Positions 1-7,935 of a stretch of DNA of 40,547 nucleotides are shown in pieces (position 1 is the stretch's first letter; each line of letters begins with the position of its first letter). The DNA is from Bacteroidota bacterium (lineage in GTDB: Bacteria > Bacteroidota > Ignavibacteria > UBA10030 > SZUA-254). Where the stretch lies: the NCBI GenBank assembly GCA_035292425.1, contig DATDQD010000096.1, positions 1 through 40,547 of the forward strand, read 5' to 3'. The notes below the pieces were generated by a model. That model made no database searches. It had not been told where the DNA came from and worked only from the letters and a program-made list of their open reading frames with translations. Both the position numbers and the translations under genes were made by a program.

Positions 1-1
1 G

Positions 2-1882
2 CCCGAACTGGAGACCATGAACAGGGTGTATCTGTATCCCCTCGAGAGCGGGAAATCCGTCGATGTGACGGATGCGTGGTACAACTCCGGCGACCCGGTC
101 TTCAGCCCCGACGGGAAGTACCTCTATTTCGTGTCGAGCAGGGACTTCAGCCCGACGTTCAGCCAGACGGAGTTCAATATTTCGTACGCCGACATGACGA
201 GGATCTACCTCGTCACCCTCACCAGGGCGGCCGAGTCGCCATTCAAGCCGAAGAGCGACGAGGTCGCGCCGAAAGAAGACAAGCCGAAGGACGGGGGCAA
301 GAAGGACGAGAAGAAGGACGACAAGAAAGACGAAAAAAAGGACGCGGCAGTGACGGTGAAGGTGGACGCCGACGGCATTAAAAACCGGATCGCCGTAGTT
401 CCGATCGATCCCTCGAACTACAGAAACCTCGTGGCGGTCGGCTCGAACCTCTATTATATACGCCAGGGGAGCAAGGACGAAAAACCGCAGTTCCAGATGT
501 ATGATTTCGATGAATTGAAGGAGACGAACCTCGGGGAAATCGGCGGCTTCGAAATCTCCGCCGACAGGAAGAAGATCCTCGTGAGCAAGGACCGCGCGTA
601 TTACATCCTCGACCTCCCGAAAGCCAAGATCGACCTGAAGGACAAGCTCGACCTCTCGGGGATGGAAGTGAAGCTGGACAAGAAGGCCGAGTGGACCCAG
701 ATGTACAACGAGTGCTGGCGCCAGATGAAGTATTTCTTTTACGCGCCGAACATGCACGGCGTGGACTGGGACGCGGTGAAAAAGAAGTACGAACCGCTCG
801 TTCCCCACGTCAACCACCGGGCGGACCTGACCTACATCATCGGCGAGATGATCGGCGAACTCTCCGCGGGCCACACGTACGTGGGCGGGGGCGAGTATCC
901 CAAGGCGATGCGGATGCAGACCGGTCTCCTCGGGGCGGAACTCGAACGCGAGGCGAACTCGAAGTACTATAAAATCGCGAAGATCCTGAAGGGCTACAAC
1001 TGGGAGAACGGGACGAAGAATCCGCTCACCGAGATCGGCGTCGACGCGAACGAGGGCGACTATATCGTCGCCGTCGACGGCAACCCCACCGATGCGATGG
1101 CCAACATATACGAGGCGCTGGTCAACACCGTCGGCAAGCAGGTGAAGCTGACGCTGAACTCGAAACCGTCGAAGGAGGGATCCCGCGTCGTCACGGTCAT
1201 CCCGATCGACGACGAATCGAACCTCTATTACCAGACCTGGGTCGAGGGGAACATCGCGAAGGTCGACAAGGCGACGAACGGGAAGGCCGGCTACATCCAT
1301 CTCCCCGACATGGGCGTGGGCGGGCTGAACGAGTTCGTGCGCCGGTTCTACCCCCAGCTCCGCAAAAAAGCGCTCATCATCGACGTGCGCGGCAACGGCG
1401 GCGGCTTCGTCTCCCCGCTCGTGATCGAGCGGTTGCGCCGCGAGCTGGTGATGATCGACTTCTCCAGGAACACCGCGCCGGTGACGGATCCCCAGGAAAT
1501 GGTCTGGGGGCCGAAAGTCTGCCTCATCGACGAGTTCTCCGCCTCCGACGGCGACATCTTCCCGTACCGTTTCAAAAAAATGGGCCTCGGCAAGCTGATC
1601 GGCAAGCGGACGTGGGGCGGCGTTGTAGGCATCCGCGGCACCCTCCCGCTGCTCGACGGCGGTTTCATGAACAAGCCGGAGTTCTCGCGATACGACGAAC
1701 AGGGGAACTGGATCATGGAAGGCGTGGGCGTGGAACCCGATATCTTCGTGGACAACGACCCGGCGAAGGAGTTCGCGGGCGACGACCAGCAACTCACGAA
1801 GGGGATCGAAGTGATCATGGAAGAACTGAAGACGAAGGAGAAGACGATCCCGCCGATACCGGATTATCCCATCAAGAAGTAA
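2..1882 (+). CDS. Tricorn-type / S41-family serine peptidase, C-terminal part (5'-truncated at the window edge)
   Basis: The frame is open from nt 2, so the ATG at 17 is internal. S41/tricorn-like motifs are present: GELSAGHTYVGGG, a PDZ-like GDYIVAVDG stretch, DVRGNGGGFVSP and the Ser-nucleophile context EFSASDGDIFPYRFK. It contains a K/D/E low-complexity insert. Confidence 0.8.
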   Translation, partial: PELETMNRVYLYPLESGKSVDVTDAWYNSGDPVFSPDGKYLYFVSSRDFSPTFSQTEFNISYADMTRIYLVTLTRAAESPFKPKSDEVAPKEDKPKDGGKKDEKKDDKKDEKKDAAVTVKVDADGIKNRIAVVPIDPSNYRNLVAVGSNLYYIRQGSKDEKPQFQMYDFDELKETNLGEIGGFEISADRKKILVSKDRAYYILDLPKAKIDLKDKLDLSGMEVKLDKKAEWTQMYNECWRQMKYFFYAPNMHGVDWDAVKKKYEPLVPHVNHRADLTYIIGEMIGELSAGHTYVGGGEYPKAMRMQTGLLGAELEREANSKYYKIAKILKGYNWENGTKNPLTEIGVDANEGDYIVAVDGNPTDAMANIYEALVNTVGKQVKLTLNSKPSKEGSRVVTVIPIDDESNLYYQTWVEGNIAKVDKATNGKAGYIHLPDMGVGGLNEFVRRFYPQLRKKALIIDVRGNGGGFVSPLVIERLRRELVMIDFSRNTAPVTDPQEMVWGPKVCLIDEFSASDGDIFPYRFKKMGLGKLIGKRTWGGVVGIRGTLPLLDGGFMNKPEFSRYDEQGNWIMEGVGVEPDIFVDNDPAKEFAGDDQQLTKGIEVIMEELKTKEKTIPPIPDYPIKK

Positions 1883-1949
1883 TCCATGTACCTGGCGCAC
1901 GCAGAACGACAAGCGGCGGGAAGACCGACAGGACTGAAATCAACGAGAA

Positions 1950-1984
1950 GGGGCGGCCGGACTCGATCCGGTCACCCCTTTTTT
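1950..1984 (+). terminator. Rho-independent terminator candidate after the peptidase gene
   Basis: The hairpin is GGGGCGG-CCGGA-ctcga-TCCGG-TCA-CCCC, followed by a TTTTTT run, about 70 nt after the stop at 1882. Confidence 0.55.
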
Positions 1985-2060
1985 ATCCGATTAACGCGAA
2001 ATTCTCCTCCCGGCATCCCCCCCACGGGCGAATACCCCGGACTTGCCTTTGCCGAAAGAT

Positions 2061-2097
2061 ATGTGTATATATAAAATGATATTTTAATATTACACAT
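2061..2097. promoter_or_regulatory. AT-rich 37-nt near-palindrome (operator/promoter candidate) directly upstream of the ATPase gene
   Basis: ATGTGTA-TATA-TAAAAT-gat-ATTTTA-ATAT-TACACAT. The outer 7-nt and inner 6-nt arms are perfectly complementary. It ends 6 nt before the ATG at 2104 and is a sharp AT island in GC-rich DNA. Confidence 0.35.
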
Positions 2098-2103
2098 CTA
2101 CGC

Positions 2104-3249
2104 ATGACATATATCCCGCGGGTGCTCGAAAAGACGGTTTCTGCATGGCTCAAATCTTTTCCGGTCGTCGGAATCACCGGTCCCAGACAGTCGGGCAAAT
2201 CCACGATGTTGAAAAAATTGCTCGGCGACACGTACGAATACGTCACATTCGACGATTTCCGGATGATCGACCAGTTCCACAGCGATCCCGAAAAATTCAT
2301 GAGGATGCATGACGACCGGGTGATCTTCGACGAGGTCCAGCGCGTCCCGGAGATTTTTCAAGCGCTGAAATTGTCCGTTGACCGTGAGCGCGGAACCCGC
2401 GGAAAATTCATTCTGACGGGATCAGGCCAGTTTGCGTTCATGAAGAACGTGTCCGAGAGTCTGGCGGGACGGATCGGCCTCCTGACCCTCCTGCCCTTTC
2501 AGCACTCAGAGGTACCCGCCAGGCTGCGGGATGAGTCCCTCTATCTGGGTGGTTATCCGGAACTCGTCACCCGGGGCTACGACTCATCGGAGGGTTGGTT
2601 CTCATCATACCTCGAAACCTATCTCAATCGGGATCTCAGGGATTTATATAATATCGGCGACATGAGAGATTTCCGCCGCTGCGTCCAGATGCTGGCCTCA
2701 AGGACGGCGCAGATCCTCAACATGTCCGATCTCGCGCGCGACATCGGTATCACCGTGCCCACCGTGAAGAAATGGGTCTCCGTGCTGGAGGCCTCCCACA
2801 TCATTTTCCTCCTCCCCCCTTTCTATAAGAACATGGGTAAGCGGATATCCAAAAGTCCCAAAGTGTATTTTCACGATACCGGTATCGTCTCGTATCTGAC
2901 GGGAGTGCGAAACGCGGCTCTCTTCGAAACCGGCCCGATGTACGGGCAGCTCTTTGAAAATTATATTGTCGCGGATATCCTGAAACGGGAACTCCACACG
3001 AGTGCGGGTGGCGATCTGTATTACATCAGAACCAATCACGGCGTTGAGGTGGACCTTATCGTCGACAGGAAATCGGAGGCGGAATATATCGAAATCAAAA
3101 CATCCGAGACGTTCCGTTCGGGGATGGTCAGCTCAATCGAGAAAATCAAAGGCAAGAAAGAAAAAGGTTACCTCGTCTACCGGGGCAGATCGGCACCGTA
3201 CGACGGCAATATTTCCATCGTCAACTACGCCAAATTTCTGACTGGATAG
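2104..3249 (+). CDS. AAA+ ATPase of the AAA_14 + DUF4143 type (COG1373-like)
   Basis: Walker A GPRQSGKST near the N-terminus, a Walker B-like VIFDEVQ, and a C-terminal half resembling the DUF4143 region (YFHDTGI..., LFENYIV). The 381-aa length fits the family. Confidence 0.85.
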   Translation: MTYIPRVLEKTVSAWLKSFPVVGITGPRQSGKSTMLKKLLGDTYEYVTFDDFRMIDQFHSDPEKFMRMHDDRVIFDEVQRVPEIFQALKLSVDRERGTRGKFILTGSGQFAFMKNVSESLAGRIGLLTLLPFQHSEVPARLRDESLYLGGYPELVTRGYDSSEGWFSSYLETYLNRDLRDLYNIGDMRDFRRCVQMLASRTAQILNMSDLARDIGITVPTVKKWVSVLEASHIIFLLPPFYKNMGKRISKSPKVYFHDTGIVSYLTGVRNAALFETGPMYGQLFENYIVADILKRELHTSAGGDLYYIRTNHGVEVDLIVDRKSEAEYIEIKTSETFRSGMVSSIEKIKGKKEKGYLVYRGRSAPYDGNISIVNYAKFLTG

Positions 3250-3262
3250 CACCGGCAGGCGC

Positions 3263-3460
3263 CTACCGCAAGGCGATCCCTGCGGCGCAGGAAGATCTCA
3301 TCCTCTCCACCACCCTCTCTCCGATCTGACGCCCGACCGCGAGCCCCTGGTCGTCGTCGTGGTGGAAATGGATTCCGCCGTAGAATCTCGACAATGCCGC
3401 CTCGTATCGGCTGAGCTCGGGAACGTTCAGCGAAGTGAAGAAGGTGGTCCTGATGAAGTA
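3263..3460 (-). pseudogene. Remnant of a PAP2 / vanadium-haloperoxidase-like gene (C-terminal ~65 codons only)
   Basis: My own minus-strand translation gives YFIRTTFFTSLNVPELSRYEAALSRFYGGIHFHHDDDQGLAVGRQIGERVVERMRSSCAAGIALR*. It contains a perfect PAP2 motif 3 (SRxxxxxHxxxD = SRFYGGIHFHHD). There is no usable start codon, motifs 1 and 2 are absent, and upstream the frame runs into the 3' end of the YihY gene in another frame. Confidence 0.5.
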
Positions 3461-3473
3461 GGCCGACCCGGGA

Positions 3474-4325
3474 TCATATGCCCCGGCGTTCCCGGAATAA
3501 CTGCCCGATCTCCGCCCCGAGGATAAATACCACAGACGAGTAGTGTATCCAGAAGAAAACGACGATCCCCAGCACGTACGCGCCGTAGATTTTTTTGAAG
3601 TCCGCGACGTGGACGATGTACGCCCCGAAGAGTTGTTCCGCGATTACCCAGAGCACCGTCGTTGCCATGGCGCCCACGAGGGCGGCGCCCTTCGACGGAC
3701 GGGTGGTGGGCACGAGGAGGTGGGTCATGAAGAGAAAGAGGAACACCATCAGGATGGATGCGGCATCGAGGATGAAGGGTTTCACCTGCGCGTACCAGGG
3801 ACCGATCACGATCCCGGATTCTCCGGCGAGGTGTTCGACGATCTGCACAGCCGGCAGGAAAGCCGCGCCGAGGAGGAACAGCATCATGACGAGGAGGATC
3901 ATGCCGAGATCGTGCAGCTTGCCGGCGATCAACGACCGGCTCTTCGTCGATTTGTAGATCCTGTCGAAAATTCTGCGGACGGTGCTGAACAGCACGCTCG
4001 AAGCGAAGAGGAGACCGATGATGCCGGCCGCGCCCGCCAGGTTCTTATAGAGCCTGAACTCCCCCGCCTGGGCGGCGACGATCTCCTTCACGAACCGGGC
4101 CGTTTCGGCGTAGGGGATGACCACATCGATGAAGGCATCGATCTGCCGGATGAAGGCGGACTGCTCGAGGATCATCCCCCCGAGCGAAAAGACGATGAGC
4201 ACGAATGGCACGATGCAGACGAGGATCGAGAAGGAGAGCGCCCCGGCCATGAACATGATGTCGTGCTCGGCCAGACGTCGCCACAGCATCACCGCGTATT
4301 CTTTCAACGACCCCGCGATACCCAT
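3474..4325 (-). CDS. YihY/BrkB (virulence factor BrkB / RNase BN-like) family inner-membrane protein
   Basis: It is a 283-aa polytopic membrane protein with the family-typical N-terminus (WRRLAEHDIMFMAGALSFSILVCIVPFVLI) and about six hydrophobic helices. The start may instead be the internal Met at 4289. The 4325 start overlaps the upstream gene by 22 nt. Confidence 0.8.
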   Translation of the reverse strand: MGIAGSLKEYAVMLWRRLAEHDIMFMAGALSFSILVCIVPFVLIVFSLGGMILEQSAFIRQIDAFIDVVIPYAETARFVKEIVAAQAGEFRLYKNLAGAAGIIGLLFASSVLFSTVRRIFDRIYKSTKSRSLIAGKLHDLGMILLVMMLFLLGAAFLPAVQIVEHLAGESGIVIGPWYAQVKPFILDAASILMVFLFLFMTHLLVPTTRPSKGAALVGAMATTVLWVIAEQLFGAYIVHVADFKKIYGAYVLGIVVFFWIHYSSVVFILGAEIGQLFRERRGI

Positions 4326-6424
4326 GTACGCCAGATATTTTCATCGGAAATCATTTTAATGAATACCCCCCCGATCACCGGCCGGGCCTGGAACCCGACC
4401 TGCTTCGCCGTCTTCGTGTCGTACCAGTCCGAAAACGGAACGCGGTCGGGGGTTTCGTTCAGGAAATCGCACAGGGGCGAGATGAGAGCCTCGAACTCCG
4501 CTCTCGTCCCGGCGAGCGTCGCTGTCCAGACGAGCCAGTCCGACTTGGTGTAGTCCTTCCGGTTGTCGAGCGGGAGCCCGTACCGGTTCTGCTTCGATTT
4601 GTAAAACAGTATCTCTTTTTCGGCGACCCCGGCCGGGAAGAGGTCGAGGCCGAGGATGTCGTCCCACACCAGGTTGTATTTCTGGCTCCACGTCCCCGGT
4701 TTGTCGAAGGCCAGCCGGTAATGGTCCCCGTCATCCGCCATCTCCACCCACTTCGACGCGTACTCCCGCGCGACGCGGTGATATCTTTCCGCCTCGGATT
4801 TTTTCCCTGCCATGTCGCACAATTTCGAGTAAGAACCCAGCGCGAGGATGGCTTTCAGCGAGAGGTTGACGTTGTGCGCCAGGTGTCCCGCGAAGTCGTC
4901 CGTGCAGAGCTGGTTCTCGGGATCGAGGCCCTTGTTCCTCAGGTAGCGCGCCCATTTCTCCACGGACGGCCAGTATTTCAGCGCGTAGTCCGGCGAGCCG
5001 TCGATTCTCGCCGCCGCATACAACAGAATCAGCATGTTTCCCGATTCCTCCACCGGCATCTGGTTCTCCTCGGTCTCCTCTCCTCCTCCGTATACCTGAC
5101 CGTTCGCCTTCGGGTAGGTACCGAGATCGTGGGGAGCGAACGGGAATTTCCACCGCGGCATCATGGAATACTCGAGCACCGGCGTCAGCGACGCCTTGAA
5201 GAGTTCGGGGCTCAGGAGCATGAAGATCGGCGAAGCGGGATAGATGACGTCCACCGTCGCAATACAGCCGTTGCTGAAATTCTCCTTGGGAAAAAGGAGC
5301 GGTGTGCCGTCGATGTCCGCGGCGAGCTTGTGGGCGGCCATTGCCTGGCGGTAGGCCAGGGATGCAATCATCGCGTACTTATCGCCGCCGGCCTTCTCCA
5401 GGTCCTCCGTCAACTCCCCGTCGAAACGGGCGCAGTCGGCGGAAAGTGATGAATATTCCACTTCCGACCGGATCAGCAGATCGCCGACCTCCATCCCTCC
5501 AGCCCTCCAGTACGGCCGGATCTTCCGGTGAAAATACTCGATGGAGAACCGGTCATCGTAAGCCATGATCAGGTGCCTGCTCACTGGCGTCGCGCCGACG
5601 TTCCCCAGATTGAAAACGAGCGCGAGAACCGGCCAGTCATCGCGGGCGGGTCTCGGCATACGGGGATCATCCGACCCGGGAAGGGTGCCGTCGGCGGTGA
5701 AAGATCTCCGGGCGGTGAAGTGATCGGTGATGACGCTCGCTCCTCCCTGGGATTTGGGCGCTGCGAGATAAAAATACCCCCAGTCGATACGGAGGTCGTC
5801 CCCGCTCTTTGCCAGCACCTGCTGGTCCTTCGAGCCGATCGCCAGGACGTCAAGGCCTCCAGACCCTCCGGCTCCCCCGGCCCCGTCAGAGCCGCCGAGA
5901 TTGAAGCGCGACCACGTGACCTCCTGGTCCGTGGTGTTCACAACAAGCTCCGCCGAGTTGTCGAAATAGACGGATACCGCGTGGTCCTTCCCGTCCGCCG
6001 AGGCGGCTTCCCACGACACATACGTCACCGGCCGCGAGAATACCTCCAGGTCGTGCGGCAGGAGCGGCGTCGTGAACGTCAGCGTCATCCGGACACCGCC
6101 GTCGTTGAATTCGTACACCGTGCGTGTGGGGAACACTTTTGTCGAAACAAGCGACATCGCCGGTACCGCAGCGCCCATCGCGTTCCCCAGGGCGCGGTAC
6201 GTCTTCCCGTCGATCCGGACGAAACTTGCGAGCGCATGGTTCTTCCCCGTCCAGTGTCTCGGCCAGTCCTTGCCGGGATGGTCTGCGAACGACCATATGC
6301 TGAAGTAGGGATCGCTCGTTGCCAGGGGAACCGCGGGCGGTCGAAAAACAGCCGGTTGGGCCCCCAGGATAGCGGGTATCCAGAGGAATACTAATAGAGA
6401 GAGAGCGAGCAGCGTCTTATTCAT
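4304..6424 (-). CDS. Secreted glutaminase-A-like protein (DUF4964/DUF5127/DUF4965/DUF1793 architecture; likely a glycoside-hydrolase-like fold)
   Basis: It has a signal peptide (MNKTLLALSLLVFLWIPAILGAQP) and is 706 aa long. Stretches typical of the family are present (FFHRKIRPYW-like EYFHRKIRPYWR, MPVEESGNMLILLYAAARIDG, KYWPSVEKWARYL, LAHNVNLSLKAILAL). Confidence 0.75.
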   Translation of the reverse strand: MNKTLLALSLLVFLWIPAILGAQPAVFRPPAVPLATSDPYFSIWSFADHPGKDWPRHWTGKNHALASFVRIDGKTYRALGNAMGAAVPAMSLVSTKVFPTRTVYEFNDGGVRMTLTFTTPLLPHDLEVFSRPVTYVSWEAASADGKDHAVSVYFDNSAELVVNTTDQEVTWSRFNLGGSDGAGGAGGSGGLDVLAIGSKDQQVLAKSGDDLRIDWGYFYLAAPKSQGGASVITDHFTARRSFTADGTLPGSDDPRMPRPARDDWPVLALVFNLGNVGATPVSRHLIMAYDDRFSIEYFHRKIRPYWRAGGMEVGDLLIRSEVEYSSLSADCARFDGELTEDLEKAGGDKYAMIASLAYRQAMAAHKLAADIDGTPLLFPKENFSNGCIATVDVIYPASPIFMLLSPELFKASLTPVLEYSMMPRWKFPFAPHDLGTYPKANGQVYGGGEETEENQMPVEESGNMLILLYAAARIDGSPDYALKYWPSVEKWARYLRNKGLDPENQLCTDDFAGHLAHNVNLSLKAILALGSYSKLCDMAGKKSEAERYHRVAREYASKWVEMADDGDHYRLAFDKPGTWSQKYNLVWDDILGLDLFPAGVAEKEILFYKSKQNRYGLPLDNRKDYTKSDWLVWTATLAGTRAEFEALISPLCDFLNETPDRVPFSDWYDTKTAKQVGFQARPVIGGVFIKMISDENIWRTWVSRGR

Positions 6425-6511
6425 TCAATAACCTGCCTTTCGACCGAATATACGAATAATGGCGGTTTCCGACGGGAGAGGATCGGTCAGGACTGCGGTC
6501 AGAAACCGGAC

Positions 6512-7873
6512 CTACACCTTGACCTCCTTCCATTTCCCGCGCCGGAACAGCGCGATCGCCGCGAGGCCCGCCGTCGATTCGGCGATGACGATCGACCACC
6601 AGACGCCGGCCTGGGCGGCGCCGAGCCCGATCGCCAGCAGGTACGCAAGCGGAATTTCAAGGAGCCAGAAGCAGAAGAAATTGATCTTCGTCGGCGTGAT
6701 CGTGTCACCCGCGCCGTTGAAGGCCTGCGGCATCACCAGGCCCCAGGCGTAGACGAGGTACCCGTAGGAGACGATCCTGAGGCATTCCGCGCCGGCCGAG
6801 ACGACGCCGGGTTCAGAGGTGAAGATCCTGACGAGTTTTTCGTGAAAGAGGATATAGAACAGGGACACCGCCGCCATGAACGCCATGTTCGCCAGGCCCG
6901 TGATCCACACGGAGCGTTCGGCGCGCTCCGGCCGGCCGGCGCCGAGGTTCTGGCCGACCAGCGTCGACGCGGCGTTCGACAGGCCCCAGGCGGGCATCAT
7001 CGTAAAGATGATAATGCGCACGGCGATGGTGTAACCGGCGACGACCTCGCTCCCGAATTCCGATACTATCCGCACGAGACCGATCCAGGAAGACGTCGCG
7101 ATGATGAACTGCCCGATACCCCCAAGGGACGTGCGGATCAGCCGCCCCATCACCGCGGCGTTGACGCGCACCTGCGACGCCATGACGCGGATGTGCTTCG
7201 CCCCGTGGAAGAGCACCCAGAGCTGCATCGTCACCCCGAGCCCGCGCCCGATGTTGGTCGCCACCGCCGCGCCCCCGATCCCGAGCGCAGGAAACGGCCC
7301 CCACCCGAAGATGAGCGCCGGGTCGAGGACGATGTTGATGCCGTTCGACAGCCAGAGGACACGCATCGCCGTCGCCGCGTCCCCCGCGCCGCGGAAGATC
7401 GCGTTGATGATAAAGATCAGCATCACCACGACGTTGCCCCCCAGCATCCATACGGTATAACGGTACCCGTGTTCGATGCTCCAGGGATCCGCCCCCATCA
7501 GCGCGAGGATATCCCTGGCGAAGAATATCCCCGCGATCGAAAAGGGGATGGACGCGGCAAGGGCGACGATGACGGCCTGCACCGCCGCGTCCGCGGCTTC
7601 GCGCGGATGCTTCTCGCCGATCCGACGGGCCACCATCGCCGTCGTCCCCATCGAGAGCCCGATGGAGACCGCGTAGACAAGGGTCATGACCGATTCGGTG
7701 AGACCGACCGTCGCGACGGCCGAGGAACCGAGCGACGAGACGAAATAGACGTCGACGACCGCGAAGAGCGATTCCATCGACATCTCGAGCATCATTGGGA
7801 CGGATAATAGCAGGATGGCCCGCCCCATGCTTCCCTGCGTGTAGTCCATCGCGGTGCCGCGGATGGAATCCAC
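6512..7873 (-). CDS. MATE family efflux transporter
   Basis: It is 453 aa with 12 predicted hydrophobic helices and the typical N-terminus (ILLLSVPMMLEMSMESLFAVVDVYFVSSLG). Internal two-fold repeat features are visible (QNLGAGRPERA). Confidence 0.9.
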   Translation of the reverse strand: MDSIRGTAMDYTQGSMGRAILLLSVPMMLEMSMESLFAVVDVYFVSSLGSSAVATVGLTESVMTLVYAVSIGLSMGTTAMVARRIGEKHPREAADAAVQAVIVALAASIPFSIAGIFFARDILALMGADPWSIEHGYRYTVWMLGGNVVVMLIFIINAIFRGAGDAATAMRVLWLSNGINIVLDPALIFGWGPFPALGIGGAAVATNIGRGLGVTMQLWVLFHGAKHIRVMASQVRVNAAVMGRLIRTSLGGIGQFIIATSSWIGLVRIVSEFGSEVVAGYTIAVRIIIFTMMPAWGLSNAASTLVGQNLGAGRPERAERSVWITGLANMAFMAAVSLFYILFHEKLVRIFTSEPGVVSAGAECLRIVSYGYLVYAWGLVMPQAFNGAGDTITPTKINFFCFWLLEIPLAYLLAIGLGAAQAGVWWSIVIAESTAGLAAIALFRRGKWKEVKV

Positions 7874-7935
7874 GATGTCGCGCCAGAAGGATTCTGCGCG
7901 TTGAGCGTGACGGCTGCGGTGGAGGCGGGGAAGTT

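Noticed and set aside
1612-2079. ORFs 1612-2079 and 1886-2074 spanning the peptidase 3' end and the intergenic region
   Set aside because: They are alternative-frame, Arg-rich ORFs. They run through the terminator hairpin, and no motifs are present.
3543-4553. 336-aa plus-strand ORF
   Set aside because: It is antisense to the YihY/BrkB membrane-protein gene and to the end of the DUF4965 gene. Its composition is highly acidic and His/Arg-rich, with no motifs.
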